From: Spirochaetia bacterium
GTDB lineage: Bacteria > Spirochaetota > Leptospiria > Leptospirales > Leptonemataceae
Assembly (NCBI GenBank): GCA_029880625.1
Contig: JAOUOA010000001.1
Span: 1 to 28,443 of the forward strand
Length of the DNA: 28,443 nucleotides
Reading direction: 5' to 3'
In this document: in pieces, positions 1-9,139 of the stretch
How the letters are laid out: each line of letters opens with the position of its first letter
How positions within the stretch are numbered: position 1 is the first letter of the stretch
Notes under the pieces: model-generated
What the model was told of the DNA's origin: nothing
The model's database searches: none
What the model saw: only the letters and a program-made list of their open reading frames with translations
Position numbers and translations under genes: made by a program

Positions 1-1
1 C

Positions 2-559
2 GGAATGATTTCTGTTAAACTTGACACATTCGGCGGATTTGCTCTGAAGGTGATCCGAAAACAGGAATTTCGTGTGCAGGCAAGCGCCCCGGGTTATGAA
101 AATGCATATAAGGTTTATTTTGAAAAAGAAAATTTAAAAGAAGTTGTAATTGAACTGAGTAGGTCAAGCGGAACCGTTGTTTGTCCAGGCGATGCTCCTG
201 AGTGCATTGATAATCTTCGGATTTATTTTGATATAAACAGTTCGACGATTCAGAAAGATCAGGAAAAGACTCTTCTTGCCATAAGAAATATTTTAAGAAA
301 AAATCCGGGATTGAAGATTGAAATTCAGGGCCATACAGACAGAACCTATAGAGGACCTCAAAAAGAAGCTTTTAACTACAACAAAAGACTGTCTGAAATG
401 AGAGCGAGAAGCATTTATCTCTATCTGACAAGAAAAGGAATTTCAGGAAATCGTCTTCGGATCAAGGGATACAGTTTTGTCAGTCCCCGGATTAAAAAAG
501 CAGGGCCCAAAAGCAGATATCTGAACAGACGTGTTGAGTTCAGAAGAATTTTAAAGTAG
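2..559 (+). CDS. OmpA/MotB-like C-terminal peptidoglycan-binding domain protein, 5'-partial
   Basis: OmpA_C motifs IYFDINSSTI, KIEIQGHTD, YNKRLSEMRARSI and NRRVEF, preceded by a beta-sandwich-like segment (FRVQASAPGYE). The frame is open to the window edge (GGA at 2-4 precedes ATG at 5), so the real start is probably upstream. Confidence 0.88.
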   Translation, partial: GMISVKLDTFGGFALKVIRKQEFRVQASAPGYENAYKVYFEKENLKEVVIELSRSSGTVVCPGDAPECIDNLRIYFDINSSTIQKDQEKTLLAIRNILRKNPGLKIEIQGHTDRTYRGPQKEAFNYNKRLSEMRARSIYLYLTRKGISGNRLRIKGYSFVSPRIKKAGPKSRYLNRRVEFRRILK

Positions 560-568
560 AGTAAATCT

Positions 569-1714
569 ATGACTACGTATGAAATTTTACACAGAGAATG
601 GCAGCATATCACCGATGCCGATAAGCTGAATTATCTCCTGAAAGAAAAACTCAAAAATGCAGATTTGAAATTAAAAAATTCCTCTCCGACTCAGACGTAT
701 CGTTTAGTCGAAATGACCAATGAAGGTTTTGAATTTAAAGGTCAGAAACTCATGAAGTATGATTACGTGACGTTACAGACAACTCTTAAGCGTCATGTTG
801 AAATTGATTTTGAATTTGTGAGGAATCTGGAGTCTGACGGATCAATCCTCTTAAAGCCGATCGAAGGGCGGATCAGTAAAGTAATTCGTTCTTCTGATAG
901 GATTTCCGTTAAAGAAAAAGAAATTCATGCTACAAATTTCCGAATTCCCAAAGACGGAGTTCAGGGCGGCTTCGGAATAAAAAATTCTCTGACAAACCAG
1001 GTTATTTTTGATGATTTTAAAAATAAATTAATGAACACTCTTCCCGGTCTGGAAATTCTGAATGCTTTTGATCCAGAGAAAGGGGCTGAGTTTAAATATC
1101 TGAAAGATTCTGAAAAAAAAATCTTTGTTAGCGATATAGAAAATCTTCATTTAGCTGCGGAAGATTCGGATACTGAATTTTTGAATGCAGACGAGCTTGT
1201 GAAAAATAATTCCAGTTTTATGAAAAGAGTTCAATATTACAGGGAAAATGGAATTGCATCTTTCGCTATTGTTCCAATTGTGTCCAGATCGGATGAGTCA
1301 GCGATCCTGACGGTGGGGTATATTCTCTGTGCTTCTAAGGAAGCTTTTCCAAATGATGTAATTGAAAAAATGGAAGGTCTTGCAGGAGATATTCTTTTCA
1401 GGATGGCGGAAGCAAATTCAGTTCCTGTTAAAGTTTCCCAGGAAGTGGTGAATATTTCCCGGGGCGGAGTTGCTTTAAAAATTACCGATAAAACTCTTAA
1501 CCGAATGATTCCTGAAAAAAAGAAAATGATCTTTGATTTAGTTTTTTCAAAACAGACTCCGCTCAGATTTCAGGCAGATGTATGCCATATTGATGAAAAA
1601 AACAATTCCCTGATTGCCGGCGTAGCATTCCGCGGCATCGGACATACAGGCAGCGGAACAGGCAACCTCCGCAGGTATGAAAAATATCTTGAATCTCTAA
1701 AACAGGCGAACTGA
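569..1714 (+). CDS. DUF1577-family YcgR/PilZ-like putative c-di-GMP receptor with an inserted GAF-like domain
   Basis: RxxxR (RSSDR, aa107-111) and PilZ N-x-S-x-x-G (NISRGG, aa295-300), separated by a GAF-like segment (ASFAIVPIV...VGYILC). C-terminal PilZ-like barrel (FQADVCHI...IAGVAF). Family assignment by recognition of this architecture. Confidence 0.75.
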   Translation: MTTYEILHREWQHITDADKLNYLLKEKLKNADLKLKNSSPTQTYRLVEMTNEGFEFKGQKLMKYDYVTLQTTLKRHVEIDFEFVRNLESDGSILLKPIEGRISKVIRSSDRISVKEKEIHATNFRIPKDGVQGGFGIKNSLTNQVIFDDFKNKLMNTLPGLEILNAFDPEKGAEFKYLKDSEKKIFVSDIENLHLAAEDSDTEFLNADELVKNNSSFMKRVQYYRENGIASFAIVPIVSRSDESAILTVGYILCASKEAFPNDVIEKMEGLAGDILFRMAEANSVPVKVSQEVVNISRGGVALKITDKTLNRMIPEKKKMIFDLVFSKQTPLRFQADVCHIDEKNNSLIAGVAFRGIGHTGSGTGNLRRYEKYLESLKQAN

Positions 1715-1715
1715 A

Positions 1716-3017
1716 TTGTCGATTTCTCTAAAGCCATATATCGGTTCTCGTGATTTCTATCCTGATGAAATGCGTTTCCGCAGCTGGATGTTTTCTGTCC
1801 AGAGAAAAATCTGCAGTTCTTACGGATATGGCGAATATTCCACTCCCATTCTTGAACCGCTAGAGCTTTATGCAGCAAAATCATCGGAAGAAATCGTTAG
1901 CGATCAACTTTACCGATTTACAGACCGCGGAGACCGGGAAGTTGCAATCCGCCCTGAACTGACGCCTTCTCTGGCAAGGATTGTTTCTGCTCGGGCCAAA
2001 GAACTGCCCGTTCCCATTCGAATGTTCAATATCGGAAATTTTATGCGTTATGAACGTCCGGGAAGAGGAAGACTTCGAGAATTTTATCAGCTCAATGTTG
2101 ATTTGATCGGTTCCGCATCTGCTTCAGCCGATGTGGAAATTGTAAGTATGGGAGCAGAAATCCTGAAAGGGTACGGTGCAAAAAATCAGGATTTTTTAAT
2201 CCGCATCAGCGACAGACGTCTTATGAGTTCCTATTTTTCAGATCTTTCCTCGGATTCATTGCGAAAACTGGGCAGGCTTCTGGATAAAAAGGAAAAAATC
2301 AGCCCAGAAGACTTTCAGAAAGAACTTCTTCAAGTTAAAGACGATAAGACATTTTCTGAAAAGGTGGATTCATTTCTTTCTCTGGATCTTGAAGGAGCTT
2401 TTAATCTTTCTGAACAGGAAAAGCTTGACAGTGATGCAGTGATGCATCTCCGGCAGGTGATTTCTGATCTTGAAAAACTGGGTTTTGCAGACTGTCTTAA
2501 GTTTGATCCGGCAATTATGAGGGGATTTGATTATTATACGGGACTGATTTTTGAAATTTACGATACTCATCCGGAAAACCGCAGAGCACTCTTCGGCGGC
2601 GGACGGTACGATAAACTAATGGGGCTTTTCGGAAAACATGACCTGCCTGCAGTGGGTTTTGGAATGGGTGATGTCACTCTTGAAAACTTTTTAAAAATTC
2701 ATGAATTAATCCATGAGGATACTCAAAATTCAGCCGGAATCTATTTAACTCTTTTTTCAAAAGAGATGATGGATCATAATATGAAAATTGCAGCGCTTCT
2801 TCGTGCTGGAGGCCTTGAAGTAGAAACATCTCTTGAACCGACAAAAAAGCTCGGCAGACAATTTGAAATAGCTGAAAAGAAAAACAGGAAATTTGCCGTT
2901 GTGATCGGAGAAGATGAAATTCTCAATAAAATGATTCGAATCAAAAACCTTCAGACCGGAGAGCAGAAAGATGTCAGCGAAGACGATATGGTATCTGTGC
3001 TCCGGGAAGGATTTTAA
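1716..3017 (+). CDS. hisS: histidine--tRNA ligase
   Basis: Class II motif 2 (RYERPGRGRLREFYQ), RGFDYYTG loop, GGGRYD motif and a C-terminal anticodon-binding domain, which excludes HisZ. TTG start 1 nt after the upstream stop. Confidence 0.97.
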   Translation: MSISLKPYIGSRDFYPDEMRFRSWMFSVQRKICSSYGYGEYSTPILEPLELYAAKSSEEIVSDQLYRFTDRGDREVAIRPELTPSLARIVSARAKELPVPIRMFNIGNFMRYERPGRGRLREFYQLNVDLIGSASASADVEIVSMGAEILKGYGAKNQDFLIRISDRRLMSSYFSDLSSDSLRKLGRLLDKKEKISPEDFQKELLQVKDDKTFSEKVDSFLSLDLEGAFNLSEQEKLDSDAVMHLRQVISDLEKLGFADCLKFDPAIMRGFDYYTGLIFEIYDTHPENRRALFGGGRYDKLMGLFGKHDLPAVGFGMGDVTLENFLKIHELIHEDTQNSAGIYLTLFSKEMMDHNMKIAALLRAGGLEVETSLEPTKKLGRQFEIAEKKNRKFAVVIGEDEILNKMIRIKNLQTGEQKDVSEDDMVSVLREGF

Positions 3018-4289
3018 TTATTCTCTGTATTTTTTCCAGATTGCAACGCCGTTGACATCTCCAAAACCGAAGCTTGATTTTGCCAGATAATTAATTTCTG
3101 TATCGATTGTTTTTTTAACCACGCTTTTTTCAAATGGAGCAATATCGGGATGGATATCTTCGCAGTTGAGAGAGCCATGAACAAATCCTTTGTAGATTTG
3201 TAAAACAGCTGTGACACCTTCCACACCGCCCGCAGCGCCCAGACAGTGACCCACAAGAGATTTGGTTGAATTTATATAAGGAAAATTCTCCGGACCTCTG
3301 CCCAGAGCTTTCGACCAGTTTCCGATTTCAAGCGGATCTGCAATGGTTCCTGTTAGATGGCCGTTTACAACGTCAATTTCATTTGCTGTGATCCCTGCAT
3401 CTGTCAGTGCATCTGTAATAGCTCTTCTTACACCCTCAGGATTTGGAAAGGTCATGCTGCCGCCCATTCTGTGTCCGCCTCCGTTCAGGCAGGCTCCTGC
3501 AAGTTCTGCGTAAATTCGGGCTCCACGTTTTTTTGCGGTTTCCAGTTCTTCCAGAATCAGCATCCCGGCGCCTGCGCCTGGAATAAAACCTGCCGCAGTT
3601 GCACTCATCGGTCTTGAAGCTTTTTCCGGAGTGTCATTAAAATTCTTATTCAGAACCTTCATCGCATCAAATCCGCCCCAGTTTAAAAGCGATGCTGTAT
3701 CAACACCTCCTGCCACCATGCGGTTTGCAAATCCAGCCTGGATCATTCTTGCTGAAGTGATAACGGCATCGGTACCTGTTGTGCATGCACTGGAAATGGT
3801 GCTGGCCTGTCCACCCAGTGCAAGAAGTTCTGTCACACGAGCGCTTGGCGCACTGGTCATGATTTTTTCTACAACAGTAGAGCCGAGTCTTCGAACTTTT
3901 CCTGCGTCAATTTTATGGGCAACTTCCCAGATTGTATCAGTATCGGATTGGCCTATTCCAATGATGGTTCCAGTATCCCAGTAAACTGTGTCTTCACTCT
4001 GTTCTGGAATTTTGAGACCAGCATCTTTCCATGCATCAATGGCCGTAATCCCTGCATAAATGAGGAGTTCGTTCATTGCAAGAAGCCTGTCCTCAGAAAA
4101 ATATTCTTTTGCCTTCTCCAGATAATTTTCAGGAATTCCTCCAACATGACATGCAAAACCGGCATCCTTCATTTTTTCAATGAAGCGTATTCCGCTTTTT
4201 CCTTCTCTTAGTGCTTTTTCAAAATCTGTCAGACCATGTGCATTGGGAGCTAAAATCCCCATGCCGGTGACAACAACGCGTCTTTTCAT
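3018..4289 (-). CDS. beta-ketoacyl-[ACP] synthase (FabF/KASII-like, divergent)
   Basis: RRVVVTGMG N-terminus, Cys-His-His triad in SACTTG, NGHLTGT and GHCLGAAG, ASRP motif, KSSFGFGDVNG C-terminus. AAGG ribosome-binding site 6 nt upstream of the ATG. Confidence 0.92.
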   Translation of the reverse strand: MKRRVVVTGMGILAPNAHGLTDFEKALREGKSGIRFIEKMKDAGFACHVGGIPENYLEKAKEYFSEDRLLAMNELLIYAGITAIDAWKDAGLKIPEQSEDTVYWDTGTIIGIGQSDTDTIWEVAHKIDAGKVRRLGSTVVEKIMTSAPSARVTELLALGGQASTISSACTTGTDAVITSARMIQAGFANRMVAGGVDTASLLNWGGFDAMKVLNKNFNDTPEKASRPMSATAAGFIPGAGAGMLILEELETAKKRGARIYAELAGACLNGGGHRMGGSMTFPNPEGVRRAITDALTDAGITANEIDVVNGHLTGTIADPLEIGNWSKALGRGPENFPYINSTKSLVGHCLGAAGGVEGVTAVLQIYKGFVHGSLNCEDIHPDIAPFEKSVVKKTIDTEINYLAKSSFGFGDVNGVAIWKKYRE

Positions 4290-4321
4290 ACGAAACCTTC
4301 TTTTTCAGAATCAATTTAACG

Positions 4322-4327
4322 ATTATA
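4322..4327 (-). promoter_or_regulatory. candidate sigma70 -10 element for the ketosynthase gene
   Basis: Perfect TATAAT on the minus strand, 32 nt upstream of the ATG. No consensus -35 at 16-18 nt spacing. Confidence 0.35.
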
Positions 4328-4610
4328 ACTGAATGATATGACCAGATTATGGGTTAAGCCCTATATTTCAATCACTTTCCCGGTAAACATTTGTTAAGCG
4401 TTACGGTTAAAGACAGGTTTGTTCAGGCGTAAATGATCCAGTTTTTCAGTCTGAAGTTCATCAAGAAAGCCTTTATCATTATTTTCAAATGAGAAATAAC
4501 TTTGGATGATTCCGTAAATAAAAACAATTCTGGAAAAATAAATAACAGAATGAGTCAGTGAAATGAAAGGAAAAAGTGATGTGAAGAAGAATGACAGAAC
4601 ACAACTGCAA

Positions 4611-4643
4611 CATGACGGCACCTGTAAATGAGATGCCGTCATG
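4611..4643 (-). terminator. stem-loop directly downstream of the LipL45-like gene, candidate terminator
   Basis: Perfect 10-bp arms CATGACGGCA / TGCCGTCATG. On the minus-strand RNA the stem extends to 13 bp through a U-G wobble with a 7-nt loop. It begins 6 nt after the stop codon. The U-tract on the minus strand is weak; the + side is T-rich. Confidence 0.6.
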
Positions 4644-4649
4644 GTATTT

Positions 4650-5735
4650 TTATTTGGAAAAGTAGTCTACGTAGTCAATTTCTTCAGTACTGATCTGTGC
4701 GACTCCGTCTGCTGAATGAAAAATGACATCATCGCCTACCTGCGTGACAATGGCTCCGGTTTTCTTTTCTCCGGTTTTTTTCACAAGCTCTTCATAGAGT
4801 TTGTAATGATCCTTGATCGCTTCTTCAGTCTGCAGATTGGTTTCCTCTGCCATATTCTGCATAGATTCACTCAGATTTTTATTGTAGTTTGTCTTGATCT
4901 GTTCTGATGTTTCTGCAGAAACCAATTTGTTTTGATGCGTATCTATTGTTTCAGATAGCATTTCCTGTTCCACGCCAGAGAGGGTTGCAAGTTCGCTTTT
5001 TTCTTTAGAATTCACAGGAGATTCAGAAGAGGTTATCTTTTCCATCTGTTTTAATTTTTTGATTTTGTCGGGATTCGGATCATGGTTGACTTTCTGAATC
5101 AGTGCATTCTGTTCTTTTGTTACAGAAGTTTCTGTTTCACTTTCAAGAATGACTTCCTGCTGATCCTGAATCTCTTTTAAATCGCTGAGATTTTTATCTT
5201 TTCTTATTTCTTCTTCGCTTTTATCGTTCAGGATTTCAAGATTGGGTTTGACAGAGACTGTTCCTTCGTAAACGCGGACCCTGGGAGCGTCTTCATCAAG
5301 AAGCTCAACGGAAAAAGTGGTTCCTCTTACTCCCGCAATTGCTGTCGGCGTATGAACGGTGTATTCGTCATCGGAAGATATTTTTTTTATTTTAGCCAGC
5401 ATTGCTCCTTCATTCAAGGTTACTTCCGCTTTATTTGCCGGAGCTTTTAAGAGGGTATTGATGGTCAAAGAAGAGGAGTCCCGAATCCGGATGATGCTGC
5501 CGCTTCTGTTCTGAATGTCTACCGTGCCGTTTTTGGTTTGAATGGTATCATTTTTTTTCAGAATAAAACCAGGAAAAGCTTTCATCTTTTTACCATCGCG
5601 TATTACCGTTGATGTTTTTGATGAATAGATGATCATAAAAACATCACTTTCTTCCGCTCGTGATTTTTCAGAACAAACGGCTGAAGTGATAGTCAGAGTT
5701 ATTGTGATAAGGAACAGTATGACTTTCTGTTTCAT
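4650..5735 (-). CDS. FecR-domain exported protein or lipoprotein, LipL45-like
   Basis: Signal peptide ending TSAV-C21, FecR motif (VHTPTAIAGVRGTTFSV), acidic helical linker, and a C-terminal small beta domain (GAIVTQVGDDVIFHSADG...IDYVDY) resembling leptospiral LipL45. GGAG ribosome-binding site upstream. Confidence 0.78.
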   Translation of the reverse strand: MKQKVILFLITITLTITSAVCSEKSRAEESDVFMIIYSSKTSTVIRDGKKMKAFPGFILKKNDTIQTKNGTVDIQNRSGSIIRIRDSSSLTINTLLKAPANKAEVTLNEGAMLAKIKKISSDDEYTVHTPTAIAGVRGTTFSVELLDEDAPRVRVYEGTVSVKPNLEILNDKSEEEIRKDKNLSDLKEIQDQQEVILESETETSVTKEQNALIQKVNHDPNPDKIKKLKQMEKITSSESPVNSKEKSELATLSGVEQEMLSETIDTHQNKLVSAETSEQIKTNYNKNLSESMQNMAEETNLQTEEAIKDHYKLYEELVKKTGEKKTGAIVTQVGDDVIFHSADGVAQISTEEIDYVDYFSK

Positions 5736-6034
5736 GGTAAATCTCCCTGGTTTATGTTATTTTCAGCTCTTTGGCCCAATCCGGTTCTCAATATTCTTTG
5801 TATTTATCAGATTTTAAAACTTATGCAATCAATTTTTACAGAATTTAGGCCATCAGCTTCAAAATAATTACTGAAATTCCATCTTTCTTTATATGTCTGT
5901 TAAGACAATTCTGTGTTGATTATTTTTCAAAAAAAAATAAAAAAAATTGAAGCGGTGAAAAAAATGCAGTTTTTTGTGTTTCACAATAATTTGACCGAAA
6001 TCTTAGAAAAAAATTAAAAACATTAATTAATCTG

Positions 6035-9000
6035 TTATCGGAGGTACAGGGGTTTATTAAAAATACAGTATAGAACCGGAACCATCAGGAGATTCACCAT
6101 CACTGAGAAGATAATTCCGATCAGAAGCGTAAGAGCGATTTTTTGCCACAAACCGCTTCCTTCCAGAATCATCGGAATCAGAGAAAAAATCGTTGTAAGA
6201 GATGTTATTATAACTGGGCGGATTCTCCGGACGGCACTCTGGATGATGAGTTTGTATTTTTGCTTTTTATTTATTATGAAGCCCTGCGGTAGAGAATGGC
6301 TGATGGATGAGGTCAGAATAATAGCTGGATTGACCGCCATTCCAGTTAGAAGGAGAAAGCCGATTAAAATTGAAAGATCAAGAGGTTTTCCTGTTATAAA
6401 ATAAAGATCAATTACAAGAAAAAGAGAAGCAGGAACCGAAAGAAGGATCACCAAAGGAATTTTAACTGATTCATAGAGGGCGCCAAGAAGCAGATAAATC
6501 AACAGTACAGCTGTAAGAATCAGTTTGATTGATTCATCATGGTGATTCATCATTTTTCTGTACCGATCTCCGAAAGTAAAAGTGATTCCTTTCGTGAATA
6601 ATTTCTCCTTTAATAAATTTTTTATTTCACGGGCAGCATGATCAACTGATTGATTTCGGAAATAAACAGTCAGCATGAGGGTTTTTCTTTTGTTTTTTCT
6701 CCAGAGTTTTGTTTCCCTTTTATGATTTTGAAAATTGGATATAGATTTGATATACGAATCTTTTTCTCCGGGCATAACTCTTAACTCAACGAGATCTCTG
6801 TTCCCAGGGCTTGCTGCTTCTCTGCCCATCATCCGAACGTCAACTCTGCGCCCAGACTGGTATATTTTACTGATGATCATTCCTGATAGAAGAAGATTTA
6901 AATGTCTGCCCAGTTTATAAACGGAACATCCGCTGCAGAATAATTTTTCCTGATCCGGCTGAATTTGAATTCCCTGTCCGGGTTTTTTAAAGCGGTAAAC
7001 GATTCGATCGATTCCCGAAACGTTTTGATGAATTAATTTTCCGGAATGAATAACTGAATTACGAAGTTCGTCGATATCCTCTCCGAAAAATTCAAGATCA
7101 AGAGTTTGAGAAGGATCGGGTTGTGATTTTCGAAAAAAGATCTGCGCATCTGGAAATCTTGAGTCTAAATATCTGAACTGATTTTGAAATTCTGCTATTT
7201 CAGGATTCCATGATTCCAAATTTATTTTGAGATGAAGATCTGCATGCGCTTTTTCAATTCTTGAGGAAACTTCAAGAATTTCAGGATGAACGAGAAGTTC
7301 CTTTTCAATTTCCTTTACCTCAAGCTGTGTTGCGGCGAGACTGTAATTTGCATTAAATTCTACTGAAGCATGCAGAATGTCTTCCTCAGTCATTTTGTTT
7401 TCTGTTCTTTCAGAAATCAATAAAACAGGAAACGAGATCAGTGTAAAAACAGAGAAAAAGAAGGTCACAGATTTGTGATTTTCTAAAAAAATTTCTGCAA
7501 TCCTTGAATATAGAGTTTCCGTTTTATGGATGAAAAGAAATGCTGAATTTGATAAAAATTCATAAATATTAAGAAAAACATGCATGAGGAAATCTGTAAA
7601 AAACAGTTTGGAAATATTCCACTTCATAATAACGGAAGAATAATATTGAGGGATGATTTTTGAGACATTCTTTTTTTCAAAATAAAGCATAAATGAAGGA
7701 ACAATTGTTATGGAAATTAAAAGAGACGAAGTTAAGGAGAAGATTACGGAAAGAGCAAGATCTTTAAAATAAGACAGAGTCTGCAGGTCGGAAAAATAGA
7801 GAGGAAAAAAAACAATCCCTGTGGTTAGAGCTGATGCTGTAAGTTCATGAATGACCCCGGAGCTGCCTTCATAAACTCTTTGAAATATGCCGTTTCTTTT
7901 TTTTCTGAATGTTTCGATTGATTCCAGAAGAACAATGGAATGATCAATCATCATTCCGGATCCCAGCGCAAGCCCTGAAAGGCTCATCAGGTTGATGGGT
8001 GTTCCGGATAAATTCATAAACAAAAAAGAGGTTAAAAAAGATAGTGGGATACTGAGAGTTATAATGAAACTGGAAATGACATTTTTAATAAAAAGATAGA
8101 GGATGAATGAAGCAATGCAGCTTCCAATCAGTCCTGCAGAAGCGAGTGTCTCAATCTCTTTTTTGATTCTAGCACCCTGATTGTATATTTCATAGCTTGA
8201 AATGTTTTTTTCTGTTTGTCTTAGAATGGAAGAGCACATTTCAGAAATGCGGATTGTATCGCCATTACCGCTCCTGTATACATAGATGCTGATCCCGTCT
8301 TCGCCGTTTGTCCTGGAAATGCTGCTTCTTTCCTTGAAATGATCCTTGATTTCTGCAGCGCTACCGAGCTTAAAAGATTTGATATTTTTTTTGACTGAAA
8401 TAACGTCAAGATCTGCGAGATCTTCTGCAGACTCAATTCCGGACAGGATTCTAATTCGATATTCATATAGACCGTCAGATATCAATCCTGCCTGAATGGA
8501 TCTGCTGTTTTTTTTAATGCTGCGAATTATATCATCCGGATTGATCTGATTGGAAGTGAGAAAATCGTTATCCAGAACTATCTGAAATTCTCTTTCAAAT
8601 CCTCCAGAAATCTGCACCTGAGATACGCCTTTGATTTTTTCAATTTTTGGCTTGATTCTATATTCTACGAAATTTCGCAGATCTGAAATTTTAACGCTGC
8701 TGCTTTTAAATGATGCTATAAAAACAGGATTCTCGGAAGGATTGTGCTGAAAAATAAGAGGTTCATTGGCATCTTTTGGGAAATAATCTCCGATCAGCTG
8801 AAGTTTTTCGGATGCTTCGAGATTCTTGTGATTGATTCTGGCATCCCCTGCGAAGAAAAGAGTGATGCTTGCTTCTCCTTCTTTTGAAAGGGATTCAATT
8901 TTTTCAATTTCTGAGATTTGGCTCAGAATATTTTCTGCGGGGATGGTGATTTGTTCTTCAATTTTTTCTGCCGCAACGCCGCTCTGGTGAATTGCAATAT

Positions 9001-9139
9001 TTAATGATGAGCTTTGTACCTCAGGCATCAGTTGGATTGGAAGCTTTACAAGGGAAATCGATCCCATAAGAGTTAAAAACAACGCAATCATCAGGGCTGT
9101 TACCGGATGTTTGAGAAAATACAATATTATTTGATTCAT
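6035..9139 (-). CDS. AcrB/AcrD/AcrF-family RND permease (second of pair)
   Basis: 1034 aa. LPIQLMPEV N-terminal motif, IEKIKGVSQVQISGG, TM4 GMMIDHSIVLLE, C-terminal RRIRPVIITSLTT. Its ATG overlaps the upstream TAA by 1 nt. Confidence 0.93.
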   Translation of the reverse strand: MNQIILYFLKHPVTALMIALFLTLMGSISLVKLPIQLMPEVQSSSLNIAIHQSGVAAEKIEEQITIPAENILSQISEIEKIESLSKEGEASITLFFAGDARINHKNLEASEKLQLIGDYFPKDANEPLIFQHNPSENPVFIASFKSSSVKISDLRNFVEYRIKPKIEKIKGVSQVQISGGFEREFQIVLDNDFLTSNQINPDDIIRSIKKNSRSIQAGLISDGLYEYRIRILSGIESAEDLADLDVISVKKNIKSFKLGSAAEIKDHFKERSSISRTNGEDGISIYVYRSGNGDTIRISEMCSSILRQTEKNISSYEIYNQGARIKKEIETLASAGLIGSCIASFILYLFIKNVISSFIITLSIPLSFLTSFLFMNLSGTPINLMSLSGLALGSGMMIDHSIVLLESIETFRKKRNGIFQRVYEGSSGVIHELTASALTTGIVFFPLYFSDLQTLSYFKDLALSVIFSLTSSLLISITIVPSFMLYFEKKNVSKIIPQYYSSVIMKWNISKLFFTDFLMHVFLNIYEFLSNSAFLFIHKTETLYSRIAEIFLENHKSVTFFFSVFTLISFPVLLISERTENKMTEEDILHASVEFNANYSLAATQLEVKEIEKELLVHPEILEVSSRIEKAHADLHLKINLESWNPEIAEFQNQFRYLDSRFPDAQIFFRKSQPDPSQTLDLEFFGEDIDELRNSVIHSGKLIHQNVSGIDRIVYRFKKPGQGIQIQPDQEKLFCSGCSVYKLGRHLNLLLSGMIISKIYQSGRRVDVRMMGREAASPGNRDLVELRVMPGEKDSYIKSISNFQNHKRETKLWRKNKRKTLMLTVYFRNQSVDHAAREIKNLLKEKLFTKGITFTFGDRYRKMMNHHDESIKLILTAVLLIYLLLGALYESVKIPLVILLSVPASLFLVIDLYFITGKPLDLSILIGFLLLTGMAVNPAIILTSSISHSLPQGFIINKKQKYKLIIQSAVRRIRPVIITSLTTIFSLIPMILEGSGLWQKIALTLLIGIIFSVMVNLLMVPVLYCIFNKPLYLR

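Noticed and set aside
5976-5995. TGTTTCAC resembling a parS half-site, given the nearby smc
   Set aside because: The second half-site (GTGAAACA) is missing, so there is no 16-bp palindrome.
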